A stretch of DNA of 64,000 nucleotides from Octopus bimaculoides. Lineage: Eukaryota. The position numbers were made by a program, and so were the translations under genes. Under the pieces are notes generated by a model, which did no database searches, was not told the DNA's origin, and worked only from the letters and a program-made list of their open reading frames with translations. Location: assembly GCF_001194135.2 (NCBI RefSeq), contig NC_068991.1:54352425-54416424 (forward strand), given 5' to 3'. Below, in pieces: positions 26,563 through 38,965 of the stretch; position 1 is the first letter of the stretch, and each line of letters starts with the position of its first letter.

Positions 26563-27044
26563 TAATTTCTACAAGAAACAGATTGGGAGTGATTGTGAAG
26601 TTTCAACTTATCAGGCAAGCTGAATCTTCAGAGTTTCAGCTTACTAGACCCCCATCCCCACCCAACCCACAAATACTAAACTTAGCATCTTCAAACTGTA
26701 GGTGTATACAGATGTATGTTAGTCAATTTTAGAACCATAATTTATGAAACATAATAATCATAATTGTTGTTATGAATAATATATTCCAAAACCAGACAGT
26801 GGAATCAGTTTGTGACATATTTTCAACCATTCTATTATTGATCTATGTTTGTTTTTTGTGTCCAAACTATTCTAGAAAAAATGAAGATGAAAGCTATTTT
26901 TCATTGTGCAAGGAATCTAGTTGATTTGTTTTCCATCTTCCTTTGCAGATGACAGATAAAGAATGACAGCATATTTATAGTATAATAATTGAGTATTTAC
27001 AGGCTTAGAGACAGTTAATCAGTTTACATATGTCTTCTATTACT

Positions 27045-27330
27045 TTAACCTTTTGCATGTCCTGTGTATCACATGCAATAGAAAAAATTTCCTTGATGTC
27101 CATGCATCATGTATGATAAACAGTCTCTCTTTCTTTTTTTTGTGTGTGTTTTTTTGGGGGGTGAGGTGGGGTGGGGGGGTTCTTTCAACCACCAGATGAA
27201 CTTGGGACTTCTAAAAGGAAAGCTTTATATTACTCAGAGTGTATGAAACAAGGACTCACTAAAAGTCTGAAGACAAGTATGAACTTTTAGCATGGGTTTA
27301 TGAAAAAGCTTTGGATAGGCAAAGGGTTAA
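27045..27330. mobile_element. Second TTAA-flanked MITE type
   Basis: TTAACCTTTTGC ... GCAAAGGGTTAA termini, with an interior unrelated to 53054-53281. Confidence 0.5.
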
Positions 27331-27424
27331 CTGTTAGTAAAACCTGTGACTTTATTTGGAATAAGGATTTTCAGTTAGAACTCCTTATTCTTTGGCGCCA
27401 TCTAGAAGTTTTCTGTCAATGAAG

Positions 27425-27613
27425 TCTTCTTTTGTTCTTTGACTGGTTTCAATCCTTAGACTGTGGCCATGCTGGGGCACCACCTTCAAGGTTTATAGTT
27501 GGTCATATTAACACCAGTACTTATTGCAGTCTAGCACTTATTTTATCAACTCTATTTGTTGAACTGCTGCTTACAGGACATAACAGAACACAAATTATAA
27601 GCATAGACACACA

Positions 27614-27620
<7 letters not shown>
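27425..27620 (-). mobile_element. SINE-B 3' half leading into (CA)n/gap
   Basis: TTAGACTGTGGCCATGCTGGGGCACCACCTTCAAGG, CpG-decayed. Confidence 0.7.
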
Positions 27621-27669
<49 letters not shown>

Positions 27670-27679
27670 NNNNNNNNNN

Positions 27680-27742
<63 letters not shown>

Positions 27743-27926
27743 GAGTATCAGTGATTCAATCTGATCAACTGAGACCAACATTGATGAAACCAGACAGTTT
27801 GTTTGTGCAATTTAATTATAAATAATTTAATTTGAAATGCAGTGAAGAGTGAATCTGTTCTTTCATGTGATATGTCCTCTGTCACTTTAACCATCCTTGT
27901 GCTGATTAAATTTTGGCTGAAGAAGT

Positions 27927-28170
27927 GAAGGTGCATGGCTTAGTGGTTTGAGTGTTGCACTCATAATCACAAGATCATAGTTTCAATTCCTGGACCAGAT
28001 AGTCAATTATGTTCTTGAGTAAAACACTTCAGTTCATGTTGCTCCAGTCCACTCAGCTGTGAGTAATTCTGTGATGAAGTGACATCCCATTCAAGGAGAG
28101 TATTGTACTCTCAGTCACTTATACACCAAGGAAATCAAGTTACTGACCCTATGGTTTCTAGAACTTGAGA
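27927..28170 (+). mobile_element. SINE-D
   Basis: GAAGGTGCATGGCTTAGTGGTT head and GTTGCTCCAGTCCACTCAGCTG block. No CpG. Confidence 0.75.
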
Positions 28171-28504
28171 TAGTAATAAAAAAAATGGCAGAGTAACATG
28201 CTTATCATATGCAAGTCAGATCTCACTTCTTTCTCTCAGCCTTTAAAAATAAAAATGTGCATGCTACATCACATGAAATGTGAAGAATCAAAAAAATTTA
28301 TTGAAAATAAATGAAATCAGTTCGTTTGTGAAAAGTGCAAATGCAAATCAACTTTTGATAGAAGGTTTTAATTCAGAACTTTTGAAAACAAGATATTTCT
28401 TGTCTATAATTTACATGAGTTAATGGGGAAGACTCTGTGTGGTGGTTGTTCAGCTTACTAAAAATAACAGCCACCCAAACCACTTTTATCTCTTATCTAT
28501 ATTT

Positions 28505-28875
28505 GTTTTAATTTACTGTGGCCATGCTGGGACATTATTTTGAAGGGTTTTAGTCAAACGAATCTACCTCAGTACTTATTTTTTAAGTCTGGTACTTATG
28601 CTATTGGTCTCTTTTGTTGAACTACCTAGTTATAGGGACATAAGCAAACCAATACTGGTTGTCAAGCTGGTAGTGGGGGACAAACGCAGACACAAAGATG
28701 CACACATGTATACAACAGGATTCCATACAGTTTCTATCTGCCAAATTCATTCACAAGACATTGGTTGGCCTAAAGCTACTGCTAATGGCGCATGCCCAAG
28801 GGGCCATGCAATGGGACTAAACTCAAAACAATTTGGTTAAAAAATGAACTTCTGAACCACACTGTCATGCCTGTA
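28505..28875 (-). mobile_element. SINE-B, near full length
   Basis: Tail, GTTGTCAAGC block and head all present, CpG-poor. Confidence 0.75.
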
Positions 28876-29901
28876 CCTAGCTATTTTACTTGGAAAAGAG
28901 GGAAACATTGTATAATGTAGTAAAGATTATTTGCCAACATAACATGGCAGTCCTGGTTTAGGACAAATGTTGCTGTAATTTAGCCCCATGAGACATCGTT
29001 CCCAGCTGGCTATATGACATGATCTGTGTCCTTACATTTTTCTTTTTCCTTTTTTTGAATAATGTAGACTGATATATACTATGTCTGAAAAAAAAAAGGC
29101 AAGACAGTCATAACTGGAACACTTCTGATCATAGATCTCTCTTTGATCAGGATTGACTCAAGGTTAATCAGCAATAGCAACAACTACAACAAACATTACA
29201 TTTCATAATTGGCACAAATTCACCAGCTAATGCTTTTAAAAAGTCTAGACAATCAGACATTCAAATAACTTTGTAATTTGATCTTCGAAGAAACCAGTAA
29301 CTCAATGTCAAGCTTTCTAGGCAAAATAGTTTATTTTATTTAAAAATAAAAAATAAAATGGAAAACGTTTTAAAACCATCTAGATGGTATTTAATGAAGT
29401 GAGATATAAAAATCATAGAACAAAAATAATGTAAAGGATTAATAGCGTCAAAAGTAATCAAACTGCAATAATTATTTGCAGCTCTTCACTATCTTCTTCA
29501 TTTGCTGCCAACTTATTTTCTCATGAAAACCTAATCTTTTATGATGCTCTTTCTGTATTCTATGAATAAAAAATTATCAAATGGTTGCTGTGTGGATTTT
29601 TTTTTCTTTAATGTAATAAAGATAGCTTTAAAAGTCAAGGGAGTGGTTGAAATTAATCCACGTTCATCGATTATAATTTTAGATACTGAACTAGAAATAT
29701 AAAAAAAAAAGAACTAAGAAGAGATAGGATTACAATTATTTGAAAACACGAATGCTGTGATTTTCTTCATAAGAAATACAATATAATGGGATATCTAGTG
29801 AATGATATTTACTGATGTATAAAGCACAAAAATACCAAAGATTTCATTTCATTAATTAGGTTCATTAGTGTACATTATTATTATTATTATTATTATTATT
29901 G

Positions 29902-30045
29902 TTCAGTAGTTTTATTTTTATAACGTGCTTTCACTTCACTACTGAGCGCAGCTCTGTGTGCCTTGGGTATGTGCTGTGGTTTGCTGTGATGCTCTTATGG
30001 TTACTGTATTGAAAGTGTTTTGCGTAGGATGTGTGCAGTGCCCAG
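29902..30045 (-). mobile_element. 3' end of the same RLE-type LINE, copy 2 (shorter 5' truncation), embedded in (TAA)n
   Basis: Near-identical to 601-742. Begins at LGTAHILRK and is flanked by (ATT)n on the left and ATT/GTT repeats on the right. Confidence 0.85.
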
Positions 30046-30713
30046 TATTATTATTGTTGTTGTTGTTGTTGTTGAGTGAGAGAACCATGCATGCCATCAA
30101 AGTCACATTGGAGTAAAATATACAAAGCCCGGTGTACCCATCATGATTACCCGTCTGATAAGGGTACACCAGGCACATCACAGCCATATTTGTGCAACAT
30201 GGTGATCTCATATTAAGATTAACAGAACATGACCTTGCAGGTGGGGCCCAGTTAAAATTTTCTTCAGGTCGAGTAGCCCACCCTGCTCAAAAGGTCCTGG
30301 AATAAGGGCTGTTTAAGGATGTTGAACAAAACATCCATGTTTTCAGAAGTGAATTATCCAAACCCCAAAGAATTCCTCTGAACACATGGCTATGTATATG
30401 TATATGTTTTTTATATCTAAATGTACCCTCACATACACATGCATATATATGTATATACAGATATATACATATACATATATATATATACATATACATANNN
30501 NNNNNNNNNNNNNNNNNNNNNNNNNNNNNNNNNNNNNNNNNNNNNNNNNNNNNNNNNNNNNNNNNNNNNNNNNNNNNNNNNNNNNNNNNNNNNNNNNNNN
30601 NNNNNNNNNNNNNNNNNNNNNNNNNNNNNNNNNNNNNNNNNNNNNNNNNNNNNNNNNNNNNNNNNNNNNNNNNNNNNNNNNNNNNNNNNNNNNNNNNNNN
30701 NNNNNNNNNNNNN

Positions 30714-30751
<38 letters not shown>

Positions 30752-30809
30752 GCATGCATACATGACAACTCTTCTTGCCAAATTCTTGAAGGGAAAGTTT
30801 ATTACTTTA

Positions 30810-31450
30810 AAGCATGAATTCAGAATGCTAAGTGGAAAGCTTCATTATCAGAGAAAAATATCTACCCATGCTAGTATAAATCATAAGCTTGCTTCCAATC
30901 CACAGACATGATACGTTGCCATTAAGAAAGCCCTTTCTCAGGAAGATCTTGAATCATTCTGGTCTGGATTGATAAGAGAGATGTCAACCAGAAAACATGA
31001 TGACTAAATACAGTTGGGAATGAATACTGTACCAACATCAATAACAAAATGTATATAATCAACCCTGAATCTTTCACCATAGCAGTAGGCAAACTACAAA
31101 ATGGGAAGGTACCTGCAAGAGGCCTAATAATTGGATACTAGTACAAGAAGCTGACCTTCTATAGAAAGCCTTTAACACATATACTCAAAAGAACTATGAA
31201 TGGTCAGATTGGCTTGCTATAGCACAGCTGAATCTGGTAGCCAATAATGAAACTGCTGATCTGGTAGAAAACTGTAGGCTCACAGCATTCCCAAACATTA
31301 TGTGCAAGCTTTACACAAGCTGCCTCTTCCAATTCCTCTCAGATCATTCTGAGTTGAACAACATAGTGAGTGATGAGGAGGCAGGTAGAAAGAAGTGAGT
31401 GTGAGGATGTACTAAACAACTTTTGATAAGCAAAGTTGTACAGTTGTACA
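30810..31450 (+). mobile_element. Decayed reverse-transcriptase region of an RLE-type (R4/Dong-like) LINE
   Basis: Translation with stops and a frameshift: EDLESFWSGL...AVGKLQNGKVPARGLIIGY*YKKLT / DWLAIAQLNLVANNETADLVENCRLTAFPNIMCKLYTSCL...NNIVSDEEAGRKK*V*GCTKQLLISKV. This resembles the FWYKKL, NYRPI.C...MYKL, EQ.G and GC..QLLI motifs. Confidence 0.75.
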
Positions 31451-31499
31451 GTAAGAAAATGTTGAGGAAACCTTTTAACATTCAACTTTATTCCTCACT

Positions 31500-31870
31500 C
31501 ATGGGTGCTGATGTGCATACACCAGAATTTTTAGTCAAATCAATCAACTCTAGTGCAATTCTTTATTTAAGCCTGATACTTATTTTATTGGTCTATTTTG
31601 CCAAACTGTTAAGTTATGGGGAAGTAAACGTACCAACACCAGTTGTCAAGCAGAAGTGGGGGACAAACACAAACATAAAGACACACATACATAGATATAT
31701 ACATAGATATGATGGACTTATTTCAGTGTCTGTCTACCAAATCCACTCACAAGGCTTTGTTCAGCCTGAGGCTATAATAGAAGACATTTAACCAAAGGTG
31801 CCATGCAGTGGGACTGAACCCAAAACCATGTGGTTGGGAAGGAAGCTTGTTATCAAACAGCTACACTTGC
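31500..31870 (-). mobile_element. SINE-B, near full length
   Basis: Collinear with 11885-12217, CpG-poor. Confidence 0.8.
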
Positions 31871-32491
31871 ATTTTGATTAAATTATCTTTTTGTTTTACA
31901 ACATCCAATGTCTTAGAATCTCCTTTATCATTAAGTTTTCACAGAATGTATGTCCCTGAGTATTTTTTTCTCTAGTCATTCTTCCATAAAATATGGTACA
32001 ACAGCAGCCAGCTGGTCATCAAATGTCTAGCACCATAAGTAACTATGTCACCAACTGTCATCCACTTCGTTTCCTTGCTCATCTTTCACTATTTGTCCTA
32101 TTTCTGTTTTTTCCACAGATTTTGTATTCTTTTCATCATTTCTTATCATTTACTATCATTTCTGAATGATTCGTTGCAGGCTTACATAATAACATTTGTT
32201 AAAGAGAACACACTTGATAATAAACACTATTGCCTCCTCTCTTTGATGTTACACATTAGTGTAATTCATAACTATACTGATCTTTCTTAGTCAGCATCAG
32301 ATTCCACATGCACATACACACACACACGTGTGTGTATGTATGTATATATATATTTATGCATGTATACTGTTTTTAGTTTCATAAACAAGAGCTAGAGTAC
32401 TCCATACATGCTGTAGTGTATATTTTTTTATATGAAAGTGGTGACTCATTCTGTCCTTATTCTTAGTTTCTTATTGGATCTGGTCTTGCAG

Positions 32492-32518
32492 ACAACAATG
32501 GACATGAGTAGCAATAGA
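32492..32518 (+). CDS. Candidate 27-nt phase-0/0 microexon (TTMDMSSNR) in RyR intron 1
   Basis: Pyrimidine-rich tract with acceptor GGTCTTGCAG| and donor AGA|GTGAGT. Length is a multiple of 3, with an internal CAACA-ATG-G. Could be chance. Confidence 0.3.
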
Positions 32519-32929
32519 GTGAGTCACCAGCTACACACACACACACATACAGATATATATATATATATACACACACATACATACACACATACATATATAC
32601 ACACACACACATATATATATAGATCTATGTGGGTGTATGTCTTCATATATACATATATAAACACATACACCCACATAAAGACACATATGCCTGTATGTGC
32701 ACCCACATACCAGCACACATCTTTATGATGTCCACGAATACACAAGACACACCATTGCTTTTTTCTTTAAATAGTCATCTATTAACATTAGGAATAATTA
32801 TAGCAGGCAGAGGAAGAATTTTAACTTTTTGACATGGAAAATTTTTTATATTTTACTGTATCAGAAATACTAGTATCATCTCAGTAATAGTACCTACTGA
32901 ACATGTCCATTATCTGACAGACAAATTAT

Positions 32930-33147
32930 TGGTTTTAAATTTTGATACAAGGCCAACAACATTAAGAGAGAAGGTTAGTTGATTGTATCAACCCTAGTGC
33001 TCAATGGGTACTTATTTATCAACTCCAAAAATAGATAAAATGTAAAGTTGGCCTTGGTGGAATTTGAACTCAAAACATCAAGATGGATGAAATGCCACTA
33101 AGCATCTTGCCTAGCATGCTAACAGTTCTGCCAGTTTGCTGCCTTCT
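32930..33147 (-). mobile_element. SINE-A
   Basis: Collinear with the other A copies. 0 CpG counted. Confidence 0.8.
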
Positions 33148-33294
33148 GGCTGGCAAGATATAAAGATCTAATAGGTGGTGGATGAAAAAGTTGATTAAAA
33201 AATCTTGTTAAGTACCAATGTACGAAACTTTCAGCCTTTGAGTCACTCTGTAACTTCTGCCAATTAAATAATAAGAAACAAACATATATATAAT

Positions 33295-33678
33295 GTGGCA
33301 TGTAAAAAGCACCATCCGAATGTGGCCAATGCCAGGTTTACCTGACTGGGTCCCATGCTGGTGGCACATAAAAAGCACCATCCAAACATGGCTGATGCCA
33401 GTGCCTCGTGACTGGCTCCCGTGCCAGTGGTACATAATAGCACTATCTGAACATGATCGATGCCAGGCCCACCTGATTAGCACCTGTGCCGCTGGCACAT
33501 AAAAAGCACACACTACACTCTCAGAGTGGTTGGTGTTAGGAAGGGCATCCAACTGTAGAAACATTGCCAGATCAGATTGGAGCCTGGTGCAGCCGCTGGC
33601 TTTCCAGACCTCAGTCAAACTGTCCAACCCATGCCAGCATGGAAAACGGAAGTTAAACGATGATGATGAAGATGATGA
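33295..33678 (+). mobile_element. SINE-C (internal tandem units, (GAT)n tail)
   Basis: Repeated GTGGCA(T/C)(G/A)TAAAAAGCACC units, then CACTACACTCTC..GGTGTTAGGAAGGGCATCC...CCAACCCATGCCAGCATGGAAA...(GAT)n. Confidence 0.85.
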
Positions 33679-34548
33679 TATTCGTATTTTGAGTTCTGGT
33701 TTCCTGTTTATATCACCAAACTTAGATTAAAACAACTATATTATATATAACTTGTTTTCTAATTATATTTATTTAACACTAAAGCAGTATAAACAAGTCA
33801 TTTACAGCTAACTGAAAGGCAACATGTAAAAATACAAATTTTCAAGAACCCCGATGTAGTTGCACCACATCCACTAATAGTTGAAAACCTTTGGAAACTC
33901 AGAGCTTCCTTTCCCTGAATCACATTTTACAAACATATCCTCTCCGTATTTTGAAAGAAAACAGAGCAGGTTATTGTAATCAGGCAGAAGCTAATTTTGT
34001 AGCAGCAGTTTATCAGCGGTTATGTTTCTGTTTACTGATAACACAAAATCTTTTTTTTATAATCTTATCCTGACAAAGATTTTCGTTTTAGTTTTTAATG
34101 TTTAAAATAAAAGTTTTTCACTTGGTTCAAAGTATTGTACCTGATGCCAAGCAGCCTCTGAGTGATAACAGCTGAATGCTTCTAAGCCGGGACTCTGGCT
34201 GAACCTGAGTTGTTTTCTGAAAGTATCTCAGTCTCAGAATGCTGGTCTTAGTTTGCTGCATGCTGTCCGCCCACCATCTTCATGTGATAAGCAGCACCAG
34301 CGCCAATCTGGATAGAATTTATCTTGTTTAAAGAGATCAAAGTGAAAGCATTGGTTGCATAAAGTGCGCATTTATTTTGTGTTAATCTAGGCCTGTACAA
34401 GTGCATAAATACATGTATGGGTGCACATCTGTATCAATACTCATACACACACATATACATATATGTATATATATGAGTGTGCAATATGAATATATATGCA
34501 TATATACATATATGTGAGTGTGTATATGTTTGGGCAACTGTTTTCTAT

Positions 34549-34620
34549 TATAACCTCAGGCCAACCAATGTTCTAATGAGTAAATCTAGTTGTTGAAAAC
34601 TGTATGGCAGTCCACCATGT

Positions 34621-34672
<52 letters not shown>

Positions 34673-34910
34673 CGCATGTGTATGCATGTATCTGTATGAG
34701 TGTTTGTGTCTTTGTGTTGTGTACGTTTCCCCTTTCACTTGACAACTGGTGTTGGTTTATTTACATTCCATAACCTAGCAGTTTGGCAAAAGAAGCCAAT
34801 AGAATAAGCATCAGCCTTCGAAACAATAAACACTGAGGTTGATCTGTTTGACTAAACTCTTCAAGCTGGTGCTCCAGCATGGCCATGGCTGAGACAAATA
34901 TAAGATAAAA
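34549..34910 (+). mobile_element. SINE-B, 5'-truncated, with internal (GT)n
   Basis: TTGACAACTGGTGTTGG...GGTGCTCCAGCATGGCC. Confidence 0.7.
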
Positions 34911-35603
34911 GATACAATATACAAAAGTTTTGTGGACAGAAAAATGGGGAATCAACCTGACTGGTTTCACTCCTGCATTGGGACTTCATTGCTGAGCAAC
35001 CTTTGTCATAGTCCAAGGATATATTGCTTATAAACCCACTATTAAAAGAGCATAAGTACAGTTTTGACACAGGCATATGTATGTGTGTGTGTGTGTGTGT
35101 GTGTGTGCATATTGTCATATGTCGTTGTGTCTATGTATGCATGTGTTGGCCCATATCTGCATAGGTAGAAGTTTGTCTCAGAGTTGAAAGATGTAATTGT
35201 TTATTTTTTCGAATGACATTGCAGGGTAGGTGTGAGATACTGGTTCTGGCCAGTTTGAGCATAAAATGAGCAGAATATTTGGGCCGGATATAGCCAGTTT
35301 AAACACTAAAGAGTTAAGACAAAGTGTTCAGCAGTGACATTGGATTTTGTACCTGGTAGTGATTAGTAAGCAACAGTATTTCTGGCTGTCACAATTACTT
35401 TTAACTGTTCTGATATTCTTGATAAACTGACTCACTCACTCACTCACACACACACACACACTCACATACACACACAGGGTTTATATTCTTGGGTTCCTCT
35501 ATATCTTAAATCACACAAATGGCACAAAACCACACTCTCTTCAATACTACTTCCTCCACTCCCTGTTGAGGATCTTCTGTCTTGCAAGGTACTTGGTGAC
35601 CTT

Positions 35604-35959
35604 GGTGCTGGTGTCGCATAACATTCACTGGTGCTGATGCTACATAAAATGCATTGGTGATGGTGCCAGATAAAAAGCACTGGTGCCTCGTAAAATGCAC
35701 TGGTGCTAGTGTCATAAAAAAGCACTGATGATATGCCTTGTAAAAAGCACTGGTGCTGGCTCCACAAGAAAAACACTGGTGATGGTGCCATGTAAAAGAC
35801 ACTGGAGCTGATGTCATGTAAAAAACACTGATGCTGGTACCATGTAAAAAGCATTGGGTATGATGCCACATGAAAAGCACTGGTGCTGGTGCCATGTAAA
35901 AAGCACTGGTGATGATGCCACATAAAATTCATTTTTGATGGTGCCTCATAAAAAGCACT
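35604..35959 (+). repeat. ~14 x 26-bp degenerate tandem array (GGTGCTGGTGCCATGTAAAAAGCACT) at the front of a SINE-C copy that ends ~36120
   Basis: Units abut with no spacers and run directly into the family-C body CAATACACTCTGTAAAGTGG. Confidence 0.85.
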
Positions 35960-36505
35960 CAATACACTCTGTAAAGTGGTTCGCATTTGGAGGGACATCC
36001 AGCTATAGAAACCATTCCAAAACAGATGACTGGAGCCTGGTGCAGTTCTTCAGCTTGCCAGTGATGGTCAAGCCATCCAACCCTTGCCAACTTGAAAAAC
36101 AGACATTAAATAATAATGACGGTTCCTTATACATAGGAAAAATCACAGGAATGCCCACACCTGAAGCATTATACATTAGAAGCCTGCCCTCGCAATGGTT
36201 GACTTGAGACTAAACTACAATAACAAAAATAACATATGCACACAACACGCACACACATGTGCACATGCACAAGCCTACACACACACATGCACACCCACCC
36301 ACCCACACACTTCTCACTCACACAACAAATGCACATTCATGATCTTGGCTTCATTTTCTCTCATTTTCTCTTTCATTCATTTGTTTGTGCTTATTTGCTT
36401 TTTAAAGTGTGTGTGTGTGTGTGTGCGTATGTATGTAAAAGTGGTATGCATTTAAGTAGCTTATAAGCATGTGTACATTTTGTGTACATCTATGTCTGCT
36501 TGTTT

Positions 36506-36569
<64 letters not shown>

Positions 36570-37208
36570 NNNNNNNNNNNNNNNNNNNNNNNNNNNNNNN
36601 NNNNNNNNNNNNNNNNNNNNNNNNNNNNNNNNNNNNNNNNNNNNNNNNNNNNNNNNNNNNNNNNNNNNNNNNNNNNNNNNNNNNNNNNNNNNNNNNNNNN
36701 NNNNNNNNNNNNNNNNNNNNNNNNNNNNNNNNNNNNNNNNNNNNNNNNNNNNNNNNNNNNNNNNNNNNNNNNNNNNNNNNNNNNNNNNNNNNNNNNNNNN
36801 NNNNNNNNNNNNNNNNNNNNNNNNNNNNNNNNNNNNNNNNNNNNNNNNNNNNNNNNNNNNNNNNNNNNNNNNNNNNNNNNNNNNNNNNNNNNNNNNNNNN
36901 NNNNNNNNNNNNNNNNNNNNNNNNNNNNNNNNNNNNNNNNNNNNNNNNNNNNNNNNNNNNNNNNNNNNNNNNNNNNNNNNNNNNNNNNNNNNNNNNNNNN
37001 NNNNNNNNNNNNNNNNNNNNNNNNNNNNNNNNNNNNNNNNNNNNNNNNNNNNNNNNNNNNNNNNNNNNNNNNNNNNNNNNNNNNNNNNNNNNNNNNNNNN
37101 NNNNNNNNNNNNNNNNNNNNNNNNNNNNNNNNNNNNNNNNNNNNNNNNNNNNNNNNNNNNNNNNNNNNNNNNNNNNNNNNNNNNNNNNNNNNNNNNNNNN
37201 NNNNNNNN

Positions 37209-37251
<43 letters not shown>

Positions 37252-37439
37252 ATGTTCTTTTACTGATTCCAGTTATTTTTATACAACTATGTCAGGGTAC
37301 CATCTTTTAATCAATTATGTTGACTTCAAGACTTAATTTGGCACCATTTTATCAATTTCTATTGAATGGTAGAGTCTTGCTTTCAATTATGGTCCTTATG
37401 GGGCTGAAGGAAATGGATTCTTCTTATGACATAAATTAG

Positions 37440-38090
37440 TTACAGAATTTATGCTGGTTTATGCTGGTATACACAAACATAGAAACATTTGTGCACACAC
37501 TCAAATGCACATACATACACACATGCATACATACATGCATGCACACACATATACACAGACATAAACATACATGCATACACATGCACGTCTTCAGCCATAC
37601 ATGCATGTATGCGCACACACATACACACACGTGCGTATACACACTTGTACACTCAGACATATCTACATACATGCACACACACAAGCATTTATATATGCAC
37701 ATGTCTCCAGTCATACATGCATGTATGCACACAAGCACACACACTTGCACATACACACATGAGCACATACACACACACACCCAGACATATACTCACATTT
37801 ACACACACACACCCAGACATATACTCACATTTACACACACACACCCAGGCATATACTCACATTTACACACACACAGACACACATGCACGTACACGTACAC
37901 ATATCTGTACACACATGTACATGCCTCCAGCTACACATACAAATATGCACAAATCTCACATACACACACATGTACACATACATACATATACATATTCCAA
38001 CATATACACACATAAATGCATACACACATGCACCCCCCCCCAGTCATACATACATGCATATACAAGTACATATACACACAATCACCTACA
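37440..38090. repeat. CA/TA mosaic low-complexity tract with three 32-bp repeats (~37770-37865)
   Basis: CCCAG(A/G)CATATACTCACATTTACACACACACA at period 32. Confidence 0.8.
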
Positions 38091-38387
38091 CTAAACCATA
38101 TTTTAAAAAAACTAATGAAACCATTGAAAATTCCATGTTTTATCAATTTTCTTATTTCCACTTTAATACATTAAGGAATAGATAGATCTCTTGCACAGTT
38201 TTCCTGTACCAAAATTCCATTTTTGGTGCATTAAGGCTACTTTTGTAGAATTTCTCCAGGTCTTGGGTTGTAAGACCAAGCTATGAAGCTCATGGTTGCA
38301 AAGAAAATTTCTCAACTGTGAAACAATGGTAATACTTCTGTTAGTTAGTGACCACCACTTCCATTTGTAATATCTTTAACAATGTAA

Positions 38388-38600
38388 AGGAGGAGAGCTG
38401 GCAGAATCGTTAGCACACCAGGTGAAATGCTTAGCAGCATTTTGTCTGTCTGCACATTCCGAGTTCAAATTCTGCCAAGGTCATCTTTGCCTTCCATCCT
38501 CTCGGGGTCAATAGAATAACTACCAGTTGAACACTGTGGCCAAGTTAATCAACTTGCCCCCTCCCCTAAAATTGCTGGCCTTGTGTCAAAATTTGAAACC
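38388..38600 (+). mobile_element. SINE-A with 19-bp flanking duplication (1 mismatch)
   Basis: AATATCTTTAACAATGTAA (38369-38387) vs AATATATTTAACAATGTAA (38601-38619). Confidence 0.9.
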
Positions 38601-38928
38601 AATATATTTAACAATGTAATATTACTATCTTGGTGGTCTTTGCTCAATGAAGCATTTCATACAAATTTCTTATCAAGATTTTCTTTAATTACAATTCTTA
38701 GCACATAATTTACCAAGAAATAGCAACCACATTACACACTGCTGTCTTAGAAAAGAAGGACATATTTTTCATTTGAAAGGTTTAGTCAAATAAATCAGAC
38801 CCTACTACTTATTTTAAATTTGGCATTTTTCTATCAGACCATTTTGCTGAACTACTAAGTTACAGGGATGTAGACAAATCAATGCCAGTTATTAAGCAAT
38901 AAAGAGGAGACAAACACAAAGTCACATA

Positions 38929-38964
<36 letters not shown>

Positions 38965-38965
<1 letters not shown>

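Noticed and set aside
35604-35959. CRISPR-like regularly repeated array
   Set aside because: Units abut with no unique spacers, are degenerate, belong to a dispersed retroposon, and there are no cas genes. The context is eukaryotic.
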